This document shows positions 7,091-15,117 of a DNA stretch of 39,800 bases, piece by piece. The stretch lies in the IMG/VR virus record IMGVR_UViG_3300028430_001052; one strand, given 5' to 3'. Every line of letters begins with the position of its first letter. The stretch's first letter is position 1. Source of the DNA: a virus. The notes below the pieces were generated by a model. The model was not told the origin of the DNA. It made no database searches and was given only the letters and a program-made list of their open reading frames with translations. Position numbers and translations under genes: made by a program.

Positions 7091-7267
7091 ATGAAAAAAG
7101 TGTTTTTAGCTTGCACATCGGTCCTATTATCAGCATGCACAATCAGCTTTCAAAATATCAGCACTCACGGAACAGCGACAGACTTGGTAGATGAAAATCA
7201 AGCAACATCTCCTACCGTTTCACCTAATATCAACGTTCCAACAACGGGAAGCCTATTCAAAAAATAG
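7091..7267 (+). CDS. Small lipoprotein (58 aa)
   Basis: GAGGAGG lies upstream of ATG 7091. MKKVFLACTSVLLSAC contains the lipobox L-S-A-C. Confidence 0.55.
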   Translation: MKKVFLACTSVLLSACTISFQNISTHGTATDLVDENQATSPTVSPNINVPTTGSLFKK

Positions 7268-7277
7268 CGGAAAAACT

Positions 7278-7592
7278 CTATGCAGATAATCTTTTTAAAA
7301 TATATGAATTAATACTTAATCTTTCTTGCGCTGCATGAGCCACTACTTTGACATACAAATCTGGAGGCATTCTAAGATTAAATTTTCCTGAATGAGGTTT
7401 TTCGGGTTCTTTGCCTCTTTCTTTACACCAATCAATGTAATCATCAATTGAATCTTTAAAGGCTTGTTCAATTTCATCGACTGTTGTTCCCTGAAACGTA
7501 ATCACGGCCTTAAGCGCAGCGACTTCTCCGTGAAAGATCCGTGCTTCGTCGTCATAAACAACGCATCCTGTGTATCCTTTATATTTTAACAT
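7278..7592 (-). CDS. hicB: HicB-family antitoxin
   Basis: Contains YKGYTG.V.YDDEARIFHGEV......ITFQG.TV.E...AF..SIDDY..WC.E.G.EP, followed by a C-terminal RHH-like segment. Confidence 0.75.
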   Translation of the reverse strand: MLKYKGYTGCVVYDDEARIFHGEVAALKAVITFQGTTVDEIEQAFKDSIDDYIDWCKERGKEPEKPHSGKFNLRMPPDLYVKVVAHAAQERLSINSYILKRLSA

Positions 7593-7843
7593 GGCTTAAC
7601 TCCTGCATTTTCTAAAAATTTTCGTACAGAAACTACAGCTCCTTTATCGGTTTCTTTCTGTGGATGAGGTCTATGGAATACAGCTTCTTCATCATTAAGC
7701 AATATTCTTACTCTCGAGCCTCTTCCTTCTTCAATTTTCGCTCCAAGAGCAACAAATAAAGATTCTACATCTTTCCAATTGATATTCGTTCTTACTGGCG
7801 TACAAAAGATAGCTTCTAGTATGCGTTGATGTTTTCTATTCAT
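7586..7843 (-). CDS. hicA: HicA-family mRNA-interferase toxin
   Basis: Contains ..W.DVESLF.ALGA...EGRGSRVRI.L......FHRPHP. Overlaps hicB by 7 nt. Confidence 0.75.
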   Translation of the reverse strand: MNRKHQRILEAIFCTPVRTNINWKDVESLFVALGAKIEEGRGSRVRILLNDEEAVFHRPHPQKETDKGAVVSVRKFLENAGVKPC

Positions 7844-7919
7844 ATTTTCATGATATCAAAAAATGGGGCCAAAGTCAACGGTGCAGAAATTTTTTAAAGA
7901 CAAACGCTCTAAAAGTGTC

Positions 7920-8066
7920 CTATTTCTTTTTAGTTTTAGCGCTCTGGGGTTTACCTGCCTGATTTAACGCAGCAGCAACAGCTTGCTTCTGCGGGTATCC
8001 CGCTTCTTTCATTTCTTTAATATTCTTAGAGATTATTTTCTTGCTTTTACCTTTGGATAATGGCAT
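7920..8066 (-). CDS. Small lysine-rich protein (48 aa), not in the ORF track
   Basis: MPLSKGKSKKIISKNIKEMKEAGYPQKQAVAAALNQAGKPQSAKTKKK. The KxxSKNIKE...PQKQAVA.AL pattern recurs in small phage and bacterial proteins, from memory. Confidence 0.45.
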   Translation of the reverse strand: MPLSKGKSKKIISKNIKEMKEAGYPQKQAVAAALNQAGKPQSAKTKKK

Positions 8067-8077
8067 ATGTCTTCCTT

Positions 8078-9544
8078 ATGAAAACTTTAATTTTTTTACT
8101 GCTTCTTACTTCCGCTCCATGTATTGCTGAGAGCGTCTTTATGGGATTAATTATAAAGCATAATGATTCCACTATTCCAGCGTTTCTGGAAAAAATTAGC
8201 GCACTTGACTACGACAAGAAAAAAATTAGCGTACACATCGATGTGCTAAATGATAAAGCGCTTCCTAAATTGTTGAAATGGTGTGACGAAAATCATCGAT
8301 TATATCAATCAATGAGCTGGAAGAAAAGCTGCGAAACAACAGCTAAGACGAAAGAAGCTTATTTAAGAGCTTCTAAAGACTTTGATTTAGTATTCATTGT
8401 TCCTTCAGATGTGTTTTTAAACCGCTTTACTTTAACTCACCTTGCTAATAAACAACTTCCAGTAGTAGCTCCGTTATTGCGTCCTCTACCAAAAGCAGGA
8501 GACCCTTACCGCAATTTTTACCTTACCGCAACACAAGAGGGCTATTATGCATCTAATTCTGAAGAAACAGAAATTGCGGACAGAAGAAACATCGGAACTT
8601 TTAAAGCCGACTGCGTCCATGGAGCTCACCTAATTAGGACTAAATACTTGGATAAACTCTCATTTTTAGGTAAAGCGCCGTGGAGCTTCATTGATTTTAG
8701 TAACACGGCTCGTAAAAATAACGTTGATCAGTACATTTGTAATGAAAGAGAGTTTGGGTTTTTACTACATAACGACATAACAGAAGATGTAGCGTTGCCT
8801 TTTCTTTCTGAAAACATCACAAGGGAGAAAGTTCAAAGTCTTGTAAAAACTGAAAACGATCCAGAACTAGTTAAATACTTGGATTCATTTCCGATTGAAG
8901 TATACTCTCTATACCCAGTGGAAAATGATCTTTATTGGGTAGATGAGAAATGGGATTGGGTGAAAGGACACTACATCAAAAAAGGATTGCGCTGGGAACC
9001 ACATATCGAAGCTGTTTTTAAGCAATATGTAAACCCTGGAGATACTGTTATCGATATTGGCGGTCACATAGGCACCCACTCCATTAACCTCTCTCGGTTA
9101 GTGGGAGCAACAGGAACTGTCCATGTGTTTGAGCCACAATCTAAGCTATACACAGAACTCAGCGTAAACACGGCGATTAACTCATGCAACAATGTTAAAG
9201 CATATAGATTTGCTCTAGGCCAAGAGGAAAAAACGGTTGAAATTGTACACCCCTGCTCAACTAACGAAGGTATGGCATGTATAGGACAAGGTGGCGAGAA
9301 AGTCACGATGAAGCGGCTAGATGATTTTGGCATAAATAACGTTAGCCTAATCAAAATCGATATTGAAGGGCATGAGATTGAAGCGATAAAAGGTGGACTT
9401 GAAACGATTAAAAAAAGCAAACCTGTGATAATAGTTGAAGTTTTTCGTGGTCCAGAATGTGATGAACGCCTGATGTATCTTAGATCTCTCGGATATCAAG
9501 TTACTCATTTGGAAGACAATGACTACCTATGCCTTCCTCTTTAA
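8078..9544 (+). CDS. Signal-peptide protein fusing an N-terminal GT-A glycosyltransferase-like domain to a C-terminal FkbM-family methyltransferase
   Basis: N-terminus is MKTLIFLLLLTSAPCIA/ES. The GT-A-like region shows LPVVAPLL, NFY...GYY and ICNEREFGF, reminiscent of the Anp1/COLGALT N-terminal domain. The FkbM motifs are VIDIGGHIGTHS, VHVFEPQ, FALGQEEKTVEI and LIKIDIEGHEIEAIKGG. The ORF track starts at 8060, but ATG 8078 gives the signal peptide. Confidence 0.65.
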   Translation: MKTLIFLLLLTSAPCIAESVFMGLIIKHNDSTIPAFLEKISALDYDKKKISVHIDVLNDKALPKLLKWCDENHRLYQSMSWKKSCETTAKTKEAYLRASKDFDLVFIVPSDVFLNRFTLTHLANKQLPVVAPLLRPLPKAGDPYRNFYLTATQEGYYASNSEETEIADRRNIGTFKADCVHGAHLIRTKYLDKLSFLGKAPWSFIDFSNTARKNNVDQYICNEREFGFLLHNDITEDVALPFLSENITREKVQSLVKTENDPELVKYLDSFPIEVYSLYPVENDLYWVDEKWDWVKGHYIKKGLRWEPHIEAVFKQYVNPGDTVIDIGGHIGTHSINLSRLVGATGTVHVFEPQSKLYTELSVNTAINSCNNVKAYRFALGQEEKTVEIVHPCSTNEGMACIGQGGEKVTMKRLDDFGINNVSLIKIDIEGHEIEAIKGGLETIKKSKPVIIVEVFRGPECDERLMYLRSLGYQVTHLEDNDYLCLPL

Positions 9545-9561
9545 GATTAGATGGAAACTTA

Positions 9562-9586
9562 AGAGGCTCCCGAATTGAGAGCCTCT
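9562..9586. terminator. Hairpin between convergent genes
   Basis: AGAGGCTC-loop-GAGCCTCT lies between the stop at 9544 (+) and the stop at 9595 (-). Confidence 0.5.
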
Positions 9587-9594
9587 ATCTTACT

Positions 9595-10578
9595 CTAACT
9601 AATCAATTCGAAGCTCACGTTTGAATAAATCCCAAAGCTCTCTCCTTCCGCTCCAACAGTCTTGGTGCTCCCGCTAATCACAGCCACAATAGATGCTGTT
9701 TGTCCGGCGGTCATGCTGCATATTTGACTGATACACTTTGAGAACATGTTGTTGCTGTCTCTGCAGACTCCTGGGTTAAAAACATATCTATACGTCACCC
9801 AACCGGCGATTAGTCGCACTTCACCGGCTGTATGACCAGCGGCCAAGTTATTGAAGGTAACACAAGCTGTAACCAAATATTTTCCATCGATAGGAACCGT
9901 AAACAGGCCTGTAGAGGGATTATAATTTGAGTTTTGATCAAACAGCTCTACATCAAAAATTATTGGGTTAATAAAAGTCCCATCTCCGGTTGCATTAGTC
10001 GTGCTTGCGTTAAGATAAGCTGTTACACATGGATTTAGAGGTTGAGTAACTTCCCCTGTCGGCATAACCGCTATAAGCGTTTCATCTCCCCCTCCTGACT
10101 CAGGAGTTACACTATCATTTGCCCCTGTTCTTAATTTCCATGGATCATTTGTTGTTCCATTATCGGGGCCTACACAATAAGAGCGAGAGGTTCCAATTGC
10201 TGTCCTATAAAACGGGCTTCCAGAAGAGGTCCCTCCTGTTGAAACGTGAGCGATAGCAAATGAGCTGGAGCTAGTGTTGTCTGTATTACTTACAGTCAGT
10301 GTTCGTGCCACTCCAGCAGTAGAAGTTGTGAATGTATAGTCATTGGAAAGGCTTGTGCCCCACGTAGGATTCCCCGCACCATTGGAGCTCAAAATGCTAT
10401 TGTTGGCATTTGCAGTCAAGTCTATCGTGACTGTAGATCCAGAGCCTGATGTCGAAATAGAAGTCCCCCCTAAAACATTCAGATTGTTTGAAGTTGGCAC
10501 TGCAGTTCCTGTATCCTCTGTAAACTGAAGTGGCACACTAGGCGATAATTGGGCACTTGTTGAACCTGACTGACTCAT
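9595..10578 (-). CDS. Tail fibre / receptor-binding protein with a C-terminal C1q/TNF-like jelly-roll head
   Basis: Last gene of the virion operon. The N-terminus is Ser/Thr/Gly-rich. The C-terminus IIFDVELFDQNSNYNPSTGLFTVPIDGKYLVTACVTF...MTAGQTASIVAV...SNVSFELIS parallels the gC1q signature. Confidence 0.6.
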   Translation of the reverse strand: MSQSGSTSAQLSPSVPLQFTEDTGTAVPTSNNLNVLGGTSISTSGSGSTVTIDLTANANNSILSSNGAGNPTWGTSLSNDYTFTTSTAGVARTLTVSNTDNTSSSSFAIAHVSTGGTSSGSPFYRTAIGTSRSYCVGPDNGTTNDPWKLRTGANDSVTPESGGGDETLIAVMPTGEVTQPLNPCVTAYLNASTTNATGDGTFINPIIFDVELFDQNSNYNPSTGLFTVPIDGKYLVTACVTFNNLAAGHTAGEVRLIAGWVTYRYVFNPGVCRDSNNMFSKCISQICSMTAGQTASIVAVISGSTKTVGAEGESFGIYSNVSFELIS

Positions 10579-10579
10579 T

Positions 10580-10921
10580 TTATACCCCCGAAGAATAAAT
10601 TGCTTCTATGTAGACGCTCCCTGAGGTGGGAGCTCCAGAAGAATATTTGATGTAGAATTGTGTTCCAATCTGCATTACAAACCAATCGCTATCTTGCACA
10701 TTTAATGCATTCGTAGCCAAGTCGTATAAAGTGTAACTTCCTGCAGGAACGAAGAAATTGTCATTAGTGCCATCAGCGCTAATGAGCATGTCGGCATCTG
10801 TATTGTTTGTGATTTTAAATACTCTCCAATTGCGATCAAGAGCACTTCCTAATGTTGTGTATGAGTTTGTGATCGTACCAAAAGCTTTGCTACGAAGCGT
10901 GTCGAAACGAACTATTGCCAT
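10580..10921 (-). CDS. Small virion-associated beta-rich protein
   Basis: Called from position between the internal proteins and the fibre, plus composition. Confidence 0.35.
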   Translation of the reverse strand: MAIVRFDTLRSKAFGTITNSYTTLGSALDRNWRVFKITNNTDADMLISADGTNDNFFVPAGSYTLYDLATNALNVQDSDWFVMQIGTQFYIKYSSGAPTSGSVYIEAIYSSGV

Positions 10922-10967
10922 GAATCCTCCCTAAGATATCAATCCAAAAGTTTATTTGTTGTTTGCT

Positions 10968-12731
10968 TTAATCAGCGTCATATATCTCTAATTCGCCCAT
11001 CATGTCGTCCATGAAATCGTCCACACTCCCCCATTCTTTGCCTATCTGTCTCTCAAGTTGGACAAAATCCTTCTTAAGCAAATTAAAAGCGCCTTCTGCG
11101 GTGTGCTTCAAAGTGAGTTTATATATTTGTCTTGTAGCATCTCTCGTAAGCAGTTTTCCTTGTATATGCTTTGCAAGAGGCTTTACTAGCGAGAGTGCCG
11201 CGCCTTTAATATTATGTGGAAAGTAAATGAAAGGAGCTATTTGCCCTAAAGATCTGACTTCGTTGGCTACAGATGATCCACGTAGGTCTAAGAATTTAGT
11301 CATCTTTTCTTGCGCTTCTTTGCCATACTTAGCTATTTCAATGATCTCTTCAACGGCCTTCTCTCCTAAGTTCCTTCTTAGGTAATTTCCTTGCTTAGAA
11401 TGAAGAATTCTGTCGAGTTTCTTTGAGCTGTATCCGTCTTGAAAAGCTTTCTCTAATATGCTCTCTGACTGAACAAGCTTAGACTTCTCATGATAGATTT
11501 TATTTGCTGCTTTAAATGCATTAGACACATCTGCATTACCGTGCTTAGCCATTGCATCGACTAGCTCATCTTTAAGAAACTCGTAAGTCTTTCTTATCTG
11601 TTCCTCTTTCCCAGAAAACTCAGGCTTTTTATAAATCGATTTCATGTCTGAGTTATAATTCATATGTTGATTGATCAATTGCTCTGAAGAAGGATTTGAT
11701 ACTTTCAAAATATCTCTCTCTTCTTCCAATAATTTGATCGTGCTCTTTTGTGCATCGCTTGGAGATGGAGCTAATGCTTTTATACGAGCAATTTCTCTAT
11801 CAATATTTTCTACAATCGTATCTGTTTTAATGAGATTAGGCTTTGCTTGGGCCATGCGCCTTGTTTCTGCATAAGCATGTTCGCCTAGGGCATCTAAGTT
11901 TATACCTTTATCACGAAGCCTACGAATTGGGATTTGGTTCTCAACAATTCGGTTGAGCGCCTCTTTCGTGGAGAGCTTTAATTCTTCTTTCAAATTAGAC
12001 TCGGCATTTTTAAACAAACGCCCTTTAAGTAAAGGCTCCCTTTCTTTGACCATGAATTCCTTAAAAGGAAGTGCATACTTTTGAGCTGTTTTTTCTAAAT
12101 CTCTTGCCGATTTAGGCACTACTTTGGCTGTTTTTTCAAAAGCTGCCGGAGACAAACTAACTACATCCCCAATAATTTCAGCTTTTGTCTTTCCAAGTCC
12201 GCCCTTCTCTAACGCATGAGTCGTTCCAGCACCAATAGCTCCAGAAGCTAACTTTTTCGCAATGCCTCCAGGAGTCAAAGAGGCAATCTCAGCAAATTGT
12301 TTTGTTCCTTTGCCTAAACCAGTTCTCGGCTCAAGAGAAATGCCTGTCAATTCTTCAAAACCTTTCTCAGCTAAATCTTGAGTAGGAATAAAGTGGGCTG
12401 CTTCAAACACACTTCGCACATAATCTTCTCTATTGAATGGCTTCCCTGTTTTACGAAAAGCTTCTTCAATATCGTCAAGGTCTGATAACCCTTCACCAAT
12501 CATTCCTAGCTTCAGGACGTCCGCTGGCCAAGTGAAAGCTTTCAGCGCTCCACGACCAGCTTGAGTAAAGACATCACCTGCCGTTTCCCAAAATCCAGGT
12601 TTCTTCTCATTCTTCTCCTGCGCATAAGACTCCATATCAATGAAGCTATCTTCAAGATTTTCATCCTTTTCTTTTTCATAAGAAGCCAGATCGATTCCAA
12701 AGTCATCATCTTCCATCGTTTTTTCTACCAT
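10968..12731 (-). CDS. Internal virion / ejection protein-like (T7 gp16 position)
   Basis: Large helical, charged protein in the gp14-gp15-gp16 position of a T7-like order. Confidence 0.4.
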   Translation of the reverse strand: MVEKTMEDDDFGIDLASYEKEKDENLEDSFIDMESYAQEKNEKKPGFWETAGDVFTQAGRGALKAFTWPADVLKLGMIGEGLSDLDDIEEAFRKTGKPFNREDYVRSVFEAAHFIPTQDLAEKGFEELTGISLEPRTGLGKGTKQFAEIASLTPGGIAKKLASGAIGAGTTHALEKGGLGKTKAEIIGDVVSLSPAAFEKTAKVVPKSARDLEKTAQKYALPFKEFMVKEREPLLKGRLFKNAESNLKEELKLSTKEALNRIVENQIPIRRLRDKGINLDALGEHAYAETRRMAQAKPNLIKTDTIVENIDREIARIKALAPSPSDAQKSTIKLLEEERDILKVSNPSSEQLINQHMNYNSDMKSIYKKPEFSGKEEQIRKTYEFLKDELVDAMAKHGNADVSNAFKAANKIYHEKSKLVQSESILEKAFQDGYSSKKLDRILHSKQGNYLRRNLGEKAVEEIIEIAKYGKEAQEKMTKFLDLRGSSVANEVRSLGQIAPFIYFPHNIKGAALSLVKPLAKHIQGKLLTRDATRQIYKLTLKHTAEGAFNLLKKDFVQLERQIGKEWGSVDDFMDDMMGELEIYDAD

Positions 12732-14113
12732 GAGATGTAACCTCTAGATTTAGCTTCATTTATTTTACTATTTGGAATAGCTTTGAACTTTCCATTCGGA
12801 GATTGCATCAAAGTGGTGTCTTTAAATCTAGGGTCATTAGCCATTAGATCCATATAGTTTGCTGCTTGATCGAGGTTGTTGACCTTGTTGATGATTTGTG
12901 CTTCTTTTTCCTCCGTATTTCTATCTACGACGTTCTGGACATCAGAATAGCTTGCGTTCCTTCCATAATGCTTCAAACCTCTCTCTAACTCTGTATTATG
13001 AGTAATTTGCAAGTCTTCCATTAGCTTCATTTGCTCGATAATCAAACGTCGCCCATCTGCCGTGTTCAATAACGTTGGAAGTCGAGACTTAAATGCTTGA
13101 ACGTCGAAATTCGTGACTCTAGATCCAAAGTAGTTCTTTGCATCGATCATGAAGTCGTTCATTGTCTTCACAAAATCTTGCGTCTCTTTGTTAACTAGCC
13201 CAACCAAAGAAGCAACAGCATATGGCTCCCCCGTCCCTGGGTTAATTACAAGACGCCCCATTCCTTCTGGAAGCTTTCGGCTATTGTTTAGGGTGCTTAA
13301 TCGGTTATAGCGCAAAAGAGCGTTCGTATGAGACGTGCTCTTTTCTTTAATCTCTCGCAATAGCTTATTGTTGAAAGTCTGGTTCTTATCTCTCCACTTC
13401 TCTTGCTCTGCAGCAGTCGTGTTCGCAGGCATAGGAAGCTTAGGCCATTCTTCTTTCTTTGCCTTCGGTGCCTCTGCATTTTTCACTCCCTCAACAATTG
13501 CTTCGCCTATAGGAGCGATTGTTTCTTCAACAGAAAGGGGCATTTCTTGGTTTTTAACAACGTTTTGCCCGTTCATTGCGGTTTGCCCTGTCGAATTCGA
13601 TTCAATTCCAGGAGCGGCCTTTTCTGAAGGAATTTGAGCTTGTTGTCGCATCCCTCTGGCAAGCTCATTTTCAACTCGTTTAGAAATTGCTTGTTTAACC
13701 GAGTTGGGCACATAAGGATTAGTAAGTGCCTCAGCCTCTTCTTGATTGTACCCTTGCGCCAAGAAGTTGTTGATTGAGCTTGTTCTATCCTCAGGAGCTT
13801 GTTTTCCAAGACCTGCAATTCGGTTTCTTTCTCCGGCAATTTCTTCTTGAGCTTGCGCTTTTCTCTTAAGCTCTTCGAATTGCTCAACACCAAGATAGTT
13901 ACTTAAGGCTTGTTGCTTCGCTTTAGGAGTGTAAGTCTTTGTGTTAGTGATTGCATTCAACACGTCTCTAGGAGTCGGGTTCGGTCCCAATCCCAAAATG
14001 GACTTTTGTAGCGCCCTTTCATCGGTGCGACCCATGTAACCTTCTGCAACGCCACTTCCCATCTTTCGAAAAGCGTCTGCCCAATCGTCTTTTGCTGGAA
14101 TGAATTGTACCAT
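12725..14113 (-). CDS. Internal virion protein-like (T7 gp15 position)
   Basis: Called from synteny and composition only. Confidence 0.4.
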   Translation of the reverse strand: MVQFIPAKDDWADAFRKMGSGVAEGYMGRTDERALQKSILGLGPNPTPRDVLNAITNTKTYTPKAKQQALSNYLGVEQFEELKRKAQAQEEIAGERNRIAGLGKQAPEDRTSSINNFLAQGYNQEEAEALTNPYVPNSVKQAISKRVENELARGMRQQAQIPSEKAAPGIESNSTGQTAMNGQNVVKNQEMPLSVEETIAPIGEAIVEGVKNAEAPKAKKEEWPKLPMPANTTAAEQEKWRDKNQTFNNKLLREIKEKSTSHTNALLRYNRLSTLNNSRKLPEGMGRLVINPGTGEPYAVASLVGLVNKETQDFVKTMNDFMIDAKNYFGSRVTNFDVQAFKSRLPTLLNTADGRRLIIEQMKLMEDLQITHNTELERGLKHYGRNASYSDVQNVVDRNTEEKEAQIINKVNNLDQAANYMDLMANDPRFKDTTLMQSPNGKFKAIPNSKINEAKSRGYISW

Positions 14114-14116
14114 CTT

Positions 14117-14632
14117 TTACCCCGCTATTGTTGAACCAAATCCTTGCCCTATTCCTGGGGCGATTCCTTGTAAGAAACCAGGAATTGCGCCAGTCGTTCC
14201 TTGCTTATAAACATTTTCAAAGCCTCGTGTACCTAAGACGGAATTGACTCCAGCAAGCCTGTTACTCTGTTGAACGTTCTGGTGATTCTGCTGTGCTTGA
14301 TACATGAGCTGAGCTAAGCGATCTTGCAAGTCACCCGCTGCTTTCAGTTGAGCGCGCCTCATTCCAGAGCCTAAAACCTGGTTTCCTGCGATAAACTTCT
14401 CTTGAATCTGTGGCAATATGTCCTCTTGAAACATTTTAAGCGCAGGCTTAGAAATGTTTTCTTGAAATCCTTGTTGATCAAACTCGCTTTTAAACAAATC
14501 GCCAAAAGGGCCTTCTCCGCTAGTTAAACCTTCATTGATCAACTCCATTAACGCTCGTTGCTCTGGAGTTAACGTGTTAATCTGTTTTACCTTGTCTTTC
14601 TTACCAAATAGCATTTCTGTTAACTTAGGCAT
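14117..14632 (-). CDS. Internal virion protein-like (T7 gp14 position)
   Basis: Called from synteny. The protein is Gln/Gly-rich. Confidence 0.35.
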   Translation of the reverse strand: MPKLTEMLFGKKDKVKQINTLTPEQRALMELINEGLTSGEGPFGDLFKSEFDQQGFQENISKPALKMFQEDILPQIQEKFIAGNQVLGSGMRRAQLKAAGDLQDRLAQLMYQAQQNHQNVQQSNRLAGVNSVLGTRGFENVYKQGTTGAIPGFLQGIAPGIGQGFGSTIAG

Positions 14633-14640
14633 CTCTCACC

Positions 14641-15117
14641 TCAATTCTTTATAAAATAAATCGTTACATAACCCGAGTAAGTCGAACGGTTTGTTCCTCC
14701 GCTTGTCAGCACAATATTGGTGCCGCTTCTTACTATTGAAATCTGATTCGCTGCTACTGCCACATCGATATGAGGCAATAAAAGCGTATTGCTAGTAGAT
14801 AAAGCTCCGTTGCTAATACAGCACACCATATCGATCACAGTGAAATCGCCAGTAATACCAAGAGGAATCGTGTTCGTCGTGCCTCCGCCTGCCCAAGCCG
14901 AAATCGCTATTGTTTTTGTCCAAACCGGCTTATTGTTTACCCATGTGAATGAAGTCATGCGCTCTCTTGTGAAGAAGCTTTCGTCATCGATTGTAGAGTT
15001 CACTGTATTAGCCACTAGAATATGTTGCTGCTGCAGTTGATGCTGAAACTGCTCTTGCTGGTCTTCTGGCTTACCTTCATATTTTTGCCAGCTAAAGTTA
15101 GGTTGTAGTTTTCCCAT
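14641..15117 (-). CDS. Virion / tail-associated protein
   Basis: Stop/start-coupled to the upstream 761-aa gene. Confidence 0.35.
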   Translation of the reverse strand: MGKLQPNFSWQKYEGKPEDQQEQFQHQLQQQHILVANTVNSTIDDESFFTRERMTSFTWVNNKPVWTKTIAISAWAGGGTTNTIPLGITGDFTVIDMVCCISNGALSTSNTLLLPHIDVAVAANQISIVRSGTNIVLTSGGTNRSTYSGYVTIYFIKN

